Shown: positions 53,013 through 61,662, counted from the stretch's first letter. The stretch is 64,000 nt of DNA from a virus (IMGVR_UViG_3300045960_000077:47422-111421), one strand, 5' to 3'. Program-made: numbers and translations. Notes: generated from the letters alone by a model not told the origin.

Positions 53013-53239
53013 CCCTCCCCCATCAGATAGTCGCGGACGGCACGGGCGATGCCGGATGCAGTTCTTGACCCCAGCGGTAGTCTCTCCAACACTTCTGCCA
53101 TCCCCTCCACATCCTTCGCCCGGCGGATCACGGAGTCGGCGTGGAGGATGGCGGCATCATTCGGAGACTTCGCACCCGACATATCCACTCGACTTCTTGC
53201 GCCATCAACAATCCTATCCCATTCCTTATCCCAGCTCAT
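53009..53239 (-). CDS. hypothetical protein
   Basis: 76 aa; a consensus promoter lies upstream. Confidence 0.4.
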   Translation of the reverse strand: MSWDKEWDRIVDGARSRVDMSGAKSPNDAAILHADSVIRRAKDVEGMAEVLERLPLGSRTASGIARAVRDYLMGEG

Positions 53240-53265
53240 TTGGCCTCCGATTTTTGATTTGATAA

Positions 53266-53300
53266 TTCTATTATATCATCAACGGGAGGGATTGTACATC
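53266..53300 (-). promoter_or_regulatory. sigma70-like promoter (TGTACAATC ... TGATATAATAG)
   Basis: The reverse complement reads GATGTACAATCCCTCCCGTTGATGATATAATAG. Confidence 0.5.
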
Positions 53301-53308
53301 GTTAACTA

Positions 53309-53521
53309 TCATTTTGAGAGTCTCTTCATAAGCCATTCAATCCATCGGTGAGGTATTTTGAGTCTACCAATTTTGAATTCAGGTTTTATAGAATCTTTAG
53401 CAATGATCTCAAGAGCGTCCTTTTCACTAGTAGTCTTGCCTATCTTATGCAGGGTGATGAGCCACTTAGCTACTAGCCAAATGGACGCAGTCACTATGAG
53501 CAATGTTAATGAAGCCTTCAT
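53309..53521 (-). CDS. small membrane protein
   Basis: 70 aa, with the hydrophobic segment LTLLIVTASIWLVAKWLITL. Confidence 0.35.
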   Translation of the reverse strand: MKASLTLLIVTASIWLVAKWLITLHKIGKTTSEKDALEIIAKDSIKPEFKIGRLKIPHRWIEWLMKRLSK

Positions 53522-53843
53522 GTTTTACCTTGTAACCTCGCGTTATATGAAAAATATGGGGAAGGCGATATGCTAGCTCTAGAGATTTTCAACGTTTCAA
53601 CATTTGGTGAAAAACGCTGTGCATTGAAAATTTCTGCTAGCTCTAGAGATTTTTGTGTTCATTCATTCAATCAAGGGACTCATCCTCGCGCTCGCCTCCA
53701 GTTACATAGGTGGGCCCCATTTATTGGTGCTCCTCGCCTTTTTATCCCAGACCACTCACATAGCAGACTCCCAACTCTCGCGACGCTAGTCTCAGTCTAC
53801 AGCGAGCTCACTCATTGAGTCTCACTCTAGCACGTTACTAGAT

Positions 53844-54191
53844 CTAACCGTTGTTGTACGTCCTGATGACAGTCTCTCCGGTGTTATCATCTACATAGGC
53901 ATACTGCCAGTCACGCAGTGACTCTACATAGTCCTTTGCATCCTTGAGACCGATGTACTTAGAGTAGTTGTTGTCAGTGCAGTACCGACGGACAGTCCTG
54001 ATTGCAGGGATCTTGCCGCCCACTGGGTCAATGGAGAGAACCAGTTTACGGAGTGCACCCTCATGATCTATGGGCTGAATGGGAGCCACTGTTGCCGGGT
54101 CCCAGTGAGGAGTGAAGTATGCATCCTCACCATCGGGGTTGACGATGAGGAAACCGTTGTTGATCTTGAATACTACTGATACTGGGTTCAT
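53844..54191 (-). CDS. hypothetical protein
   Basis: 115-aa ORF. Confidence 0.4.
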   Translation of the reverse strand: MNPVSVVFKINNGFLIVNPDGEDAYFTPHWDPATVAPIQPIDHEGALRKLVLSIDPVGGKIPAIRTVRRYCTDNNYSKYIGLKDAKDYVESLRDWQYAYVDDNTGETVIRTYNNG

Positions 54192-54410
54192 CTATATAGC
54201 CTCCTGGCTTAGATATGAAGTGTCGATACAGTCAGTGCCGCAGAACAGGACCTCGTTTTCATAGTCCTCATCAGAGATGAAGGAGTTGCCAAGGTCGTCT
54301 AACCCAGTGCCTGCAATGTAACAGTAGTCCTCCTTGCGGATCTGTTTGTTGCAGAAGGAGCAGCGGCCTTCAACCCCGATGTACCGGGTGATGTGAGTGA
54401 TGTTAGTCAT
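54192..54410 (-). CDS. hypothetical Cys-containing protein
   Basis: 72-aa ORF. Confidence 0.35.
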   Translation of the reverse strand: MTNITHITRYIGVEGRCSFCNKQIRKEDYCYIAGTGLDDLGNSFISDEDYENEVLFCGTDCIDTSYLSQEAI

Positions 54411-54660
54411 TGTAGATTACTACCTCCCACCCAGGAAGCCACGATGACTGATATTTCCAGCCAAGAAGCTCATTGTCGACTGAACCATCGCGGAGCTCGT
54501 TGTTAGCATCAGTCGAGAAAGGATAGACTTTGCCGGTGCGGTGAGACTTGATCTGAATACACTGAGGGATGTATCCGCCGGGAGTCAGATCAGATATTTC
54601 CGCAGACAGAGTCTTGCGAACGGAATCGACCGTGAACTGATTCGTGCAGTATGTGTCCAT
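54403..54660 (-). CDS. hypothetical protein
   Basis: 85-aa ORF. Confidence 0.35.
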   Translation of the reverse strand: MDTYCTNQFTVDSVRKTLSAEISDLTPGGYIPQCIQIKSHRTGKVYPFSTDANNELRDGSVDNELLGWKYQSSWLPGWEVVIYND

Positions 54661-54776
54661 TACCCTACCACCTCGATTCTGTCAGAGCCACAATCCGGGC
54701 AATCTTCAGCCAGATCATCGTCGCCATTCTCTTCCCACTCCCAACCGCAACGGTGGCAGTAATACTCACGGGTCAT
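54660..54776 (-). CDS. small zinc-ribbon protein
   Basis: MTREYYCHRCGW...CPDCG. The start is trimmed to lie downstream of the promoter (RBS AAGGAGG). Confidence 0.35.
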   Translation of the reverse strand: MTREYYCHRCGWEWEENGDDDLAEDCPDCGSDRIEVVG

Positions 54777-54798
54777 TTGCGTCCTCCTTGATTTGGTA

Positions 54799-54834
54799 AG
54801 TCCATCATACCATTTCAGAGAGAGATTGTAAAGG
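54799..54834 (-). promoter_or_regulatory. sigma70-like promoter (TTTACAATC ... TGGTATGATGG)
   Basis: The reverse complement reads CCTTTACAATCTCTCTCTGAAATGGTATGATGGA. Confidence 0.5.
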
Positions 54835-54835
54835 A

Positions 54836-54860
54836 AAAGGGAGGGCCGTAATGGCCCTCC
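54836..54860 (-). terminator. rho-independent terminator hairpin (for gene 54870..55829)
   Basis: GGGAGGGCC-gtaat-GGCCCTCCC. On the minus strand it is followed by TTTTCCTTT. Confidence 0.55.
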
Positions 54861-54869
54861 CATCTAGTG

Positions 54870-55829
54870 TTATGCAGCCAATTTCACCATTGAGGTGAGG
54901 GTATCGAAGGTCTTCTGAGTCTTCATACCCACGGTGCCGAACCACGTGGAGGCAAGGAGCTTCTCCTCCTTAGCGGCACCCTTTCCACCCTTCACGTTGG
55001 TGTAGTGATTGAGGTATTCCGTGACGGCATTGTAGCCGCCCCACGCAGTCCCCTTCACACCGGGAAGGTTGGTACCGAGACCAGTACGGGAGAGCTCGAT
55101 GACTTTCTCCTGAATCGTCTCGATGCGGTTTTCCTGCCGCTTGGACTTGTCAGCATTGGGAGCCGAGAACACTTTCTCGACCAGCTTGAGGAGCTGGGGT
55201 TCCGTGAACTTGATCTCCTTCATGCGGTTGAAAATGGTGTCCATTTCACCGAAATACTTCATGGAACCATCGAATGCCTTCCGAGCATCCGCCATCCTCA
55301 GCTCCACATTCGTGGTGTGACGGATGACGAACTTGTTCTTGGCATTGCGGATAGCTGCCTGGATCTGATTTGCACACCAGATCCTGAAGTCCAGGGCCGC
55401 CACCATGATGGGAGACACACCATTGTGGGAAGTGGACATGAGCATGTACCGTTCCACCGGATCCACACCGCCATCACCGGGAACCTTCGCAAGCATCCAG
55501 ATCAGCTTGCCGTCACCGATGTTGCCGACCGTGACGTATTCCGCGGAGCCCTTGCCGATGTAGCTGTCCATGAAGTTCAGAGCACTGACATTCTGAACAG
55601 GACGGTAGGAGTTGCCTACCACACCCAAGGGACGGCCGTCCGAAGTACGGACCGGGACGAATTTCCCAGGGATGATGCTGGTCTTGCCGTTGAAAGTGAC
55701 CTTCGCGGGCTGCATTTCAACAGTCCAATCCAGTCCACCCTTGGTGAGAGCCTCCGCTGCAGTCATGGAGCCCTCGATCTTGGTACCTACCCTATTCCAA
55801 ATCGGAATAGGCCGCTGTGCATTAGCCAT
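54870..55829 (-). CDS. hypothetical protein (319 aa; largest gene of the GC-rich island)
   Basis: Strong ORF in GC-rich codon usage, with a dedicated terminator. Confidence 0.5.
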   Translation of the reverse strand: MANAQRPIPIWNRVGTKIEGSMTAAEALTKGGLDWTVEMQPAKVTFNGKTSIIPGKFVPVRTSDGRPLGVVGNSYRPVQNVSALNFMDSYIGKGSAEYVTVGNIGDGKLIWMLAKVPGDGGVDPVERYMLMSTSHNGVSPIMVAALDFRIWCANQIQAAIRNAKNKFVIRHTTNVELRMADARKAFDGSMKYFGEMDTIFNRMKEIKFTEPQLLKLVEKVFSAPNADKSKRQENRIETIQEKVIELSRTGLGTNLPGVKGTAWGGYNAVTEYLNHYTNVKGGKGAAKEEKLLASTWFGTVGMKTQKTFDTLTSMVKLAA

Positions 55830-55831
55830 TA

Positions 55832-55972
55832 CTCAACCTCCTCGTTGGGGAGCATGGAGTCGATGTCCATGTCCGGTCTGTAGTATTCGTCGGTTCCCAT
55901 TCCCGCCGAGCCGAGAGCCGACTCAATCTCGAAGCTCTCATCCATGTACGGTTCGTAATCGTCCAAGTGCAT
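55832..55972 (-). CDS. small acidic protein (not in ORF track)
   Basis: Translates as MHLDDYEPYMDESFEIESALGSAGMGTDEYYRPDMDIDSMLPNEEVE. It has RBS GGAGG, its stop overlaps the next ATG (TAATG), and a consensus promoter lies upstream. Confidence 0.3.
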
Positions 55973-55990
55973 CCTCCTTGATTTTGTTAA

Positions 55991-56026
55991 GTCTATTATA
56001 CCACTATACAGGGAGATTGTAAAGGA
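55991..56026 (-). promoter_or_regulatory. sigma70-like promoter (TTTACAATC ... TGGTATAATAG)
   Basis: The reverse complement reads CCTTTACAATCTCCCTGTATAGTGGTATAATAG. Confidence 0.5.
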
Positions 56027-56031
56027 CTATT

Positions 56032-56367
56032 TTAGCCAGATGGAGGTGGGACACCCTTCATCTCACCCAGTGTGATCACTGTTGATGCCTCTACCCAGAG
56101 TGGCTCCTCTCCCATTCGGTTGAGTACGGCCACCTTCTGTTCCTTCGGGTAGAAGTACATCAGTCTTGGATACCATCTACGTTGAGGATCGTTTCTGAAC
56201 TGGACAGCAGCCGCCCATTCAGTCCTCTCGGGGCTGATATATGCATCGAGCCAGACGAATCTGTAGTTGATATCTAGTATTACCTTCAGAGCCCGATGTA
56301 TTTCGATTGCCTTAACAGAAGAACTTGGGCTTAGCGGCATATTTAGCCTCCTGCCGTTTCCTTGCAA
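56032..56367 (-). CDS. hypothetical protein
   Basis: 111-aa ORF. Confidence 0.4.
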   Translation of the reverse strand: MQGNGRRLNMPLSPSSSVKAIEIHRALKVILDINYRFVWLDAYISPERTEWAAAVQFRNDPQRRWYPRLMYFYPKEQKVAVLNRMGEEPLWVEASTVITLGEMKGVPPPSG

Positions 56368-56566
56368 TTGAACGGCGGTTCACTTCGAGGAATTCACCGG
56401 GAGTCTTCTCGATGAAGATCTTCCAGGTCGGAGGGATCCGTTTGATACCCTCAAACTCCTTGATCTGGTCTATTGCATCCAGATCATCCTTAGCTTCCAT
56501 GTGTTTGTCATTTACCGTGTCCCAGGTTATTTGAGTTGCTGGGACGTAGTAGTACATTCTAGCCAT
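56312..56566 (-). CDS. hypothetical protein
   Basis: 84-aa ORF. Confidence 0.4.
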   Translation of the reverse strand: MARMYYYVPATQITWDTVNDKHMEAKDDLDAIDQIKEFEGIKRIPPTWKIFIEKTPGEFLEVNRRSIARKRQEAKYAAKPKFFC

Positions 56567-56769
56567 TATTCACACTCCTTCTTCCGCTCGGGAGATAAGC
56601 ATCGGAAATGCCGTTGGGAACCGTCGTTATCAATGTACATTGTGGCAGTACTGACCTTCCTGTTGCACTTGAAACAGTCAGTATGATTGTCATGCCGATA
56701 TTGAGTCCGGTAAACAGGCTGACACAGCCCCACCGTCTCGCCATCAATTATAGTATATTTTGTTCTCAT
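56566..56769 (-). CDS. hypothetical Cys/His-containing protein
   Basis: 67-aa ORF. Confidence 0.35.
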   Translation of the reverse strand: MRTKYTIIDGETVGLCQPVYRTQYRHDNHTDCFKCNRKVSTATMYIDNDGSQRHFRCLSPERKKECE

Positions 56770-57083
56770 ATTACCAGCTCCTGAGGGCTGTACCGGATCA
56801 CGCCCTCATATTCGAGTTGAGAGATTTCGAAGGGAGTGAGAAAGTCATCGCTCACTACCTCCCAGTCGACGAGGTACTCTTCGACGTAGTCATTCCTGTG
56901 AGTGACCTGAGGCTCGACCTTCGCCACAGTCTCCTCGATGAGTTCGGGAGTGATGATGGAAGGGAGGCTGACGAAGTACGGACCAGCCGACTTGAACTTC
57001 CAGTACTGAGGGCAGAGTCCGATGCCATCCCAATCCCACGCGCCGTAATTCTCGAGGTACTGAGTGTAGATCATGAGCTTCAA
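56766..57083 (-). CDS. hypothetical protein
   Basis: 105 aa; promoter and RBS AAGGAG lie upstream. Confidence 0.4.
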   Translation of the reverse strand: MKLMIYTQYLENYGAWDWDGIGLCPQYWKFKSAGPYFVSLPSIITPELIEETVAKVEPQVTHRNDYVEEYLVDWEVVSDDFLTPFEISQLEYEGVIRYSPQELVI

Positions 57084-57107
57084 GATTTTGTTCTCCTTGA
57101 TTTTGAT

Positions 57108-57146
57108 AAGTCCATTATATCACCCTATACAGGGATTGTAAAGGAC
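57108..57146 (-). promoter_or_regulatory. sigma70-like promoter (TTTACAATC-17 bp-TGATATAATGG) with palindromic spacer CCCTGTATAGGG
   Basis: The reverse complement reads CCTTTACAATCCCTGTATAGGGTGATATAATGG. Confidence 0.55.
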
Positions 57147-57457
57147 TAATTTATCGTTGGAGGATCCCAATAACGCCAAGCATTGTTCATAGCCATCCAG
57201 ATGTTCTGCCGCCCGACAGGGTTGGATGAATGAATATCATATCCAATCGGATCCAAAACCCCGTACACGGCATCCTCCTCGATGTGTTTGGCCACGTCAT
57301 AGCCCGTGCCTCCTTCACCCAGATCGTGGTCAAATGAGATATGCTTCACTATTCCCATGTTGATGAGCCCGATTGCCTGTTCAGCCGTAGTGCATGTTAT
57401 CCACGACTCATCAGGAGCAGGACGGACATCATCGAGCCAGATTTTGATGTTATTCAT
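57146..57457 (-). CDS. hypothetical protein
   Basis: 103-aa ORF (MNNIKIWLDDVRPAPDESW...ISFDHDLGEGG). Confidence 0.4.
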   Translation of the reverse strand: MNNIKIWLDDVRPAPDESWITCTTAEQAIGLINMGIVKHISFDHDLGEGGTGYDVAKHIEEDAVYGVLDPIGYDIHSSNPVGRQNIWMAMNNAWRYWDPPTIN

Positions 57458-57736
57458 TTACCACTCCGGGTTGAGCATTTTAGTGAGAAATTTACTGTCA
57501 TCTTCAGCTATCCCCATATTGAGAGAATCAGACCTCCCATATGCAATAGCTTGAACGTTGTCACCATCAGGAGCTATACTAACAAAGCCCGCTGAAGTGA
57601 TGTTACCCGTGAGATACTTGTGATTCACATTCTTGAAGTCTCGATGTGACATAGCCTCGTTGAATATGATGGCAAAGCAGTAATCCACCATTACATATTT
57701 AAGCTTCATATTATTCATTTCCCTCCCCAGGGTCAC
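57458..57736 (-). CDS. hypothetical protein
   Basis: 92-aa ORF. Confidence 0.35.
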   Translation of the reverse strand: MTLGREMNNMKLKYVMVDYCFAIIFNEAMSHRDFKNVNHKYLTGNITSAGFVSIAPDGDNVQAIAYGRSDSLNMGIAEDDSKFLTKMLNPEW

Positions 57737-57893
57737 CGTAGGCCGCCATTTCCACCAGCCGATAGAGCTTTTCCAGCTCTTCCTCGGTGTAGGGTTCTAC
57801 GTCAGAGCCAAGGTCACGCTCCATGTCATGCTTTTCGTAGTATTCCTCGGTCATAGCACCCTCCATCATTTTGATAAGACCATTATACCACAC
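57711..57893 (-). CDS. small acidic protein
   Basis: 60 aa; a promoter lies upstream. Confidence 0.3.
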   Translation of the reverse strand: MWYNGLIKMMEGAMTEEYYEKHDMERDLGSDVEPYTEEELEKLYRLVEMAAYGDPGEGNE

Positions 57894-57909
57894 TAAACAG
57901 GGATTGTAA
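57876..57909 (-). promoter_or_regulatory. sigma70-like promoter (TTTACAATC ... TGGTATAATGG)
   Basis: The reverse complement reads GGTTTACAATCCCTGTTTAGTGTGGTATAATGG. Confidence 0.5.
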
Positions 57910-57957
57910 ACCGTAGTGGGGGCGCCTGTAATAGCACGCCCCCCGTAGGGTTATTTG

Positions 57958-58401
57958 TTAAGCGACCATTAGCACTTCAATCCAAGAAAACATGGAGCTC
58001 GAAGTGCCATCGCTTCCATCGATGAGTATCGCTGGTTTATTATTGATGGTTAATTCGTAAAAGCGTGAATAGTTAGCGCTCCAGCCATATTCGAAGTAGA
58101 GATCTTCGCTATCCACGCGATTATCGTCGTCGCCAAAACCCCATTGCGCACACATAAGCTCGGAAAGCTTGGGAGTTATTTTGCTATCGCTATCGGCCTC
58201 GCTATTAAAAATTTTAACGTTAGCGGGATCCACGCCCTTTGATTTGAAGTACGCCATGAGAGCAATTTTGGTGATTTTGAAAGTCGCCGGAAAGATATCG
58301 CTATCGTCCTCGCCATCGCTCATATCTTCGCCTTCGTAATAATCTTCCAGCGTACCTTCTAAAGCGTTGATTTCGTTAGCGGGAATTTCGAAGTTTTTCA
58401 A
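57958..58401 (-). CDS. acidic hypothetical protein
   Basis: 147 aa, Asp/Glu-rich. Confidence 0.4.
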   Translation of the reverse strand: MKNFEIPANEINALEGTLEDYYEGEDMSDGEDDSDIFPATFKITKIALMAYFKSKGVDPANVKIFNSEADSDSKITPKLSELMCAQWGFGDDDNRVDSEDLYFEYGWSANYSRFYELTINNKPAILIDGSDGTSSSMFSWIEVLMVA

Positions 58402-58433
58402 GCGGGCTCCTTTTTGAGCTTTTTATTTAATAA

Positions 58434-58468
58434 TTAAATTATATATTAAATAGGGTAGATTGTAAACA
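58434..58468 (-). promoter_or_regulatory. sigma70-like promoter (TTTACAATC ... TAATATATAAT)
   Basis: The reverse complement reads TTGTTTACAATCTACCCTATTTAATATATAATT. Confidence 0.45.
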
Positions 58469-58695
58469 ATTATTTTCGCCAACGACGACGAGACCGCCTG
58501 AATAGGGTAGGTGATACCCCGGCGGTCTCAATTTCGGTCCGTGGGAGTGGACCGTGAATGTTAAAGAGCGTGCATACCACGGTCGCCATATCACTGAGTG
58601 GCTATATCCACCCACGACCCTTATGATGCACTATGGATGGGCCGAGTTACCTGGACGGTGTTCAAACCCGAAGGCCCGCCGTCCGCCTCATCCAT

Positions 58696-58733
58696 TAAAT
58701 ATATCATACTACAACTACATCCGATTGTAAACT
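58696..58733 (-). promoter_or_regulatory. sigma70-like promoter (TTTACAATC ... GTATGATATAT) with no annotated ORF downstream for about 230 nt
   Basis: The reverse complement reads AGTTTACAATCGGATGTAGTTGTAGTATGATATAT. Confidence 0.45.
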
Positions 58734-59106
58734 AAAATTTCACGCCATGCATACGGAAGTATCCCTTACCATGAAACGGACAATCATCACGCTCACACAA
58801 CAGCATGCACTGCTCATCCGTATATGGTGTGTTATACACAGCACATAGGAAGGCATTAGCCTTCACCGGCCACACCACATTAGCATCGAAGTCAATCTTC
58901 TTCTTGACAGTCTTCTTCTTAGCTGGTGTAGCAGGTTGTCCTGTAGGCACATAGGGAGATTCAGGAGAAGGGACAGTCCTGAGTAGCATCTTCTCAGTAG
59001 CAGTTAGCTTAGTACCGCCCTTCTTCTTCTCCCTTAGCACATTGCTAGCCGCCAACCACTCATAATAGTTAGCAGCTAGCAACTCCTCTTTAGTTCTACG
59101 TCCCAT
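58732..59106 (-). CDS. hypothetical protein
   Basis: 124-aa ORF. Confidence 0.4.
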   Translation of the reverse strand: MGRRTKEELLAANYYEWLAASNVLREKKKGGTKLTATEKMLLRTVPSPESPYVPTGQPATPAKKKTVKKKIDFDANVVWPVKANAFLCAVYNTPYTDEQCMLLCERDDCPFHGKGYFRMHGVKF

Positions 59107-59462
59107 TACTTGAGCTCGAAGGTACCAATGACACCATCGACTGACGGAGCCTTGTCCTTCGCCTTGTGACGGAAGATTTCCTCCACAATGAACTTCACAC
59201 CAGTGGTGGGAAGACCCTTGAGCTTGATCTCATTCTTGAAAGCCATGAGAGCAGAACCCCGACCCAGGAAGGGACCAAGCACCTTACCCTCGGAATCCTC
59301 TACCTTAAACTGGAGAGACTTGAAACCGTACTTCCCCTTGGGAGCAGTCTTATGCCCACCATTATCCGCCTTGAACTTACGATACGCCTCACCCATTGCC
59401 TTGTCTGCTTCAGTTAATTTCATGCTGTTCTCCTTCATATTTGTCATCGTACTCATCCTCAA
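59106..59462 (-). CDS. hypothetical protein
   Basis: 118-aa ORF. Confidence 0.4.
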   Translation of the reverse strand: MRMSTMTNMKENSMKLTEADKAMGEAYRKFKADNGGHKTAPKGKYGFKSLQFKVEDSEGKVLGPFLGRGSALMAFKNEIKLKGLPTTGVKFIVEEIFRHKAKDKAPSVDGVIGTFELK

Positions 59463-59634
59463 GCAGTGAATCCAGTTCCCTCACGAGATTCTTCGGACCC
59501 CTTCGCTTCTCGTTCTTCACAAGCGGCTTTGCCCGAGTCCTCATATCCAAATCCTTGGTGAATTCTCGTGCAATTTCCTTGTGCCTCTTGACGTCGAAAT
59601 CCCTAACGTCCTTGTATGTCTTGCCCACGACCAT
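59410..59634 (-). CDS. hypothetical basic protein
   Basis: 74 aa with RBS GGAGG. Confidence 0.35.
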   Translation of the reverse strand: MVVGKTYKDVRDFDVKRHKEIAREFTKDLDMRTRAKPLVKNEKRRGPKNLVRELDSLLEDEYDDKYEGEQHEIN

Positions 59635-59659
59635 GATACCTCCGAATTCCAGGTTATAC

Positions 59660-59695
59660 TACTATTATACCATTAAATTACGCGATTGTACAGGG
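59660..59695 (-). promoter_or_regulatory. sigma70-like promoter (TGTACAATC ... TGGTATAATAG)
   Basis: The reverse complement reads CCCTGTACAATCGCGTAATTTAATGGTATAATAG. Confidence 0.5.
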
Positions 59696-59926
59696 GTTAC
59701 CCATTGATTTAAAATCTTTTGCAAACTCGCCCCCATGATTCCACCAAAGGGCCTCATCATTCCAGTCACCTTCGAGAAGAACGCTGACTTGGACGGCTTG
59801 GTCACAGGTAACCGTCAATACCTTCCCACAAATAGTTTTGAGCACAACGTCAACTCTACGTTCCTTCTCGTTCCACTCAAATACCGCAGGAAGGATGTTC
59901 TTATGTTCCTTACCTAATAGGATCAA
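59678..59926 (-). CDS. hypothetical protein
   Basis: 82-aa ORF. Confidence 0.35.
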   Translation of the reverse strand: MILLGKEHKNILPAVFEWNEKERRVDVVLKTICGKVLTVTCDQAVQVSVLLEGDWNDEALWWNHGGEFAKDFKSMGNPCTIA

Positions 59927-60117
59927 GACCGACTCCTGTAATCCGCAAGCGGATTGATTTTAGAGCTAGTGGTGAACTTAAACAGTACTGGCTTCAAGTC
60001 ACGATCCCTCACCTTGACAGTGACCTCAATCACCCTGAAGTGCTTGAACAACAGATCACTGATTTCGGGAAACCAGCTAGTCATCTGCTCCTGACAGTCG
60101 GTGATGTGTTTCTTCAT
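59923..60117 (-). CDS. hypothetical protein
   Basis: 64-aa ORF. Confidence 0.3.
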   Translation of the reverse strand: MKKHITDCQEQMTSWFPEISDLLFKHFRVIEVTVKVRDRDLKPVLFKFTTSSKINPLADYRSRS

Positions 60118-60335
60118 TTGGGGAACCTCATCGTGATATAGTTCTCCAACTCCCGAAGGACGGCAGCCTTATTTCCCCTGAAGCCCTCAGCCTTCAGGAT
60201 GGAGTACACCGACCGACCCCTACGTTTCATCCCTGCAATTTCCAGTTTGAGAGCTGCCTTGAGCGTCATCAGCCTGTAAAGCTCGATGTGCTCACCCGTA
60301 ATCACCGTCCCACCCACACCAACCTCGATAGCCAA
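60114..60335 (-). CDS. hypothetical protein
   Basis: 73-aa ORF. Confidence 0.35.
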   Translation of the reverse strand: MAIEVGVGGTVITGEHIELYRLMTLKAALKLEIAGMKRRGRSVYSILKAEGFRGNKAAVLRELENYITMRFPK

Positions 60336-60368
60336 TTTATTGGCCTCCTTTATTTGATAAGTATATTA

Positions 60369-60406
60369 TATCACCCGAAACCGTGATTGTAAAGGACTAA
60401 TATACT
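60369..60406 (-). promoter_or_regulatory. sigma70-like promoter (TTTACAATC ... TGATATAATATAC)
   Basis: The reverse complement reads CCTTTACAATCACGGTTTCGGGTGATATAATATAC. Confidence 0.5.
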
Positions 60407-60945
60407 CTTTCAAGGTATCCACGCCCGGGACCACACGCCGTATGATAGCGACGCTGCCCACGCTGGATCTTATTGTGGATGACAGTGGATAAGTGATATA
60501 CAAATCCACAAGCGGGACATTTATATGCCCATGTCCGTGACTGGCGAGCGAAGTCGGATTTCCCCATCGTGTGGCACCGAGACTCATCGGCACCCAAGAG
60601 GTGCATCGTATGCTGGAACGTGTAGCCATGGACGTCACGCTTTGTACGCCTGCGCCCGAAGTTATACGAATCTCTCACATGAGAAGGGTCACGCGTGGCG
60701 ACCAACCAGCAGTGGACAGCCTCATGCGGGACAGTACGATCGAGCATGTCTTGAGCGTGTTCCCTCACGTAGCCAAGGTTCAAGCGAATTGTATGTCCGC
60801 CAATCGCCTGGCCTGCACAGCTCTTAGAGCGAAGGTCGAACAATACCTTGGGGACAGGGAGCTCACGCCCGAAGTGAAGCTGAAGTTTCTTCCAGCTCGC
60901 AATCACCTTTTCCTGCGCAGCCTTAGTAAACTCGTAATTCGTCAT
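60397..60945 (-). CDS. SprT-like zinc metallopeptidase with C-terminal zinc ribbon
   Basis: HExxH (VPHEAVHCWL) plus YKCPACGFVYH; 182 aa. Confidence 0.55.
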   Translation of the reverse strand: MTNYEFTKAAQEKVIASWKKLQLHFGRELPVPKVLFDLRSKSCAGQAIGGHTIRLNLGYVREHAQDMLDRTVPHEAVHCWLVATRDPSHVRDSYNFGRRRTKRDVHGYTFQHTMHLLGADESRCHTMGKSDFARQSRTWAYKCPACGFVYHLSTVIHNKIQRGQRRYHTACGPGRGYLERVY

Positions 60946-60971
60946 GCGGTATCAGCCTCCGTATTTGATGA

Positions 60972-61007
60972 TACCATTATATCAATTACTTACGAGATTG
61001 TACACCA
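60972..61007 (-). promoter_or_regulatory. sigma70-like promoter (TGTACAATC ... TGATATAATGG)
   Basis: The reverse complement reads GGTGTACAATCTCGTAAGTAATTGATATAATGG. Confidence 0.5.
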
Positions 61008-61270
61008 ATTTCTTTGAACTCATTAAGAAGCAGAGCCTTCACGCGCCTGAGTTTGTCAGCATTGAGTCCTGCTCTTGACCTCCACACTCCAGCCTCGTAG
61101 GGATACTGCATCTCTGGGCACTTGTTGACAACGTCATCATCTTTCCAATCATCACTGGGGTTAGTTTCGTTGTCAATCGACTCCAACCACCAGTCTAAGT
61201 TTTGGATGATGGATTCCACGCGATATTTAATTTCGTCCTTCCTCATCGAACCTCCACGTATTTGCAGCAC
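60986..61270 (-). CDS. hypothetical protein
   Basis: 94-aa ORF. Confidence 0.35.
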   Translation of the reverse strand: MLQIRGGSMRKDEIKYRVESIIQNLDWWLESIDNETNPSDDWKDDDVVNKCPEMQYPYEAGVWRSRAGLNADKLRRVKALLLNEFKEIGVQSRK

Positions 61271-61434
61271 GTCTGAATGAGATGATCGTAGTCACCCGAC
61301 GTTGCTTCCTTCCGGAATTCATCCACCAATTCCGAATGTCCACCCTTACGGAGTGCTTGACTCACCTTACCCATGAGAGCGAATGCATTTCCGTCAGTAC
61401 CGACCAGCTTGACCTTAATGTTTGTTATTGGCAT
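61243..61434 (-). CDS. hypothetical protein
   Basis: 63-aa ORF. Confidence 0.3.
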   Translation of the reverse strand: MPITNIKVKLVGTDGNAFALMGKVSQALRKGGHSELVDEFRKEATSGDYDHLIQTCCKYVEVR

Positions 61435-61662
61435 TTAGTCCTCCAGCTTTTCGTTGGGATCACCAGGGTTAATAATCTCCGTCCATCCAGGTACCAGAGC
61501 ATCGAATTCCGACGTTGTGATTTCCTGCAAGCGAGGCTTGCATTCGCATCGTTTCCACGCAGGGAGCGAACGCTGCGTGATCTTTGATACCGTGAGATAC
61601 GCCGGAAATACCACGATCGGGGTATTACAGGCGGGACATTCGATGTTCGTTTCGAATCGCAT
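61435..61662 (-). CDS. zinc-ribbon protein
   Basis: CPACNTP ... CECKPRLQE; 75 aa. Confidence 0.35.
   Translation of the reverse strand: MRFETNIECPACNTPIVVFPAYLTVSKITQRSLPAWKRCECKPRLQEITTSEFDALVPGWTEIINPGDPNEKLED

Noticed and set aside
55005-56022. Long + strand ORFs in the high-GC island (55005..55883, 55612..56022, 60525..60827, 60571..61017, 52788..53351 and others)
   Set aside because: They are antisense to well-supported minus-strand genes that have promoter, RBS and start/stop coupling. The high GC suppresses stop codons and inflates spurious antisense ORFs.
57921-57948. GGGGGCGCC-tgtaatag-CACGCCCCC hairpin as a terminator
   Set aside because: It is a strong stem, but no U-tract follows on the minus (coding) strand, so its function is uncertain; the promoter cassette follows directly. 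Not reported as a feature.
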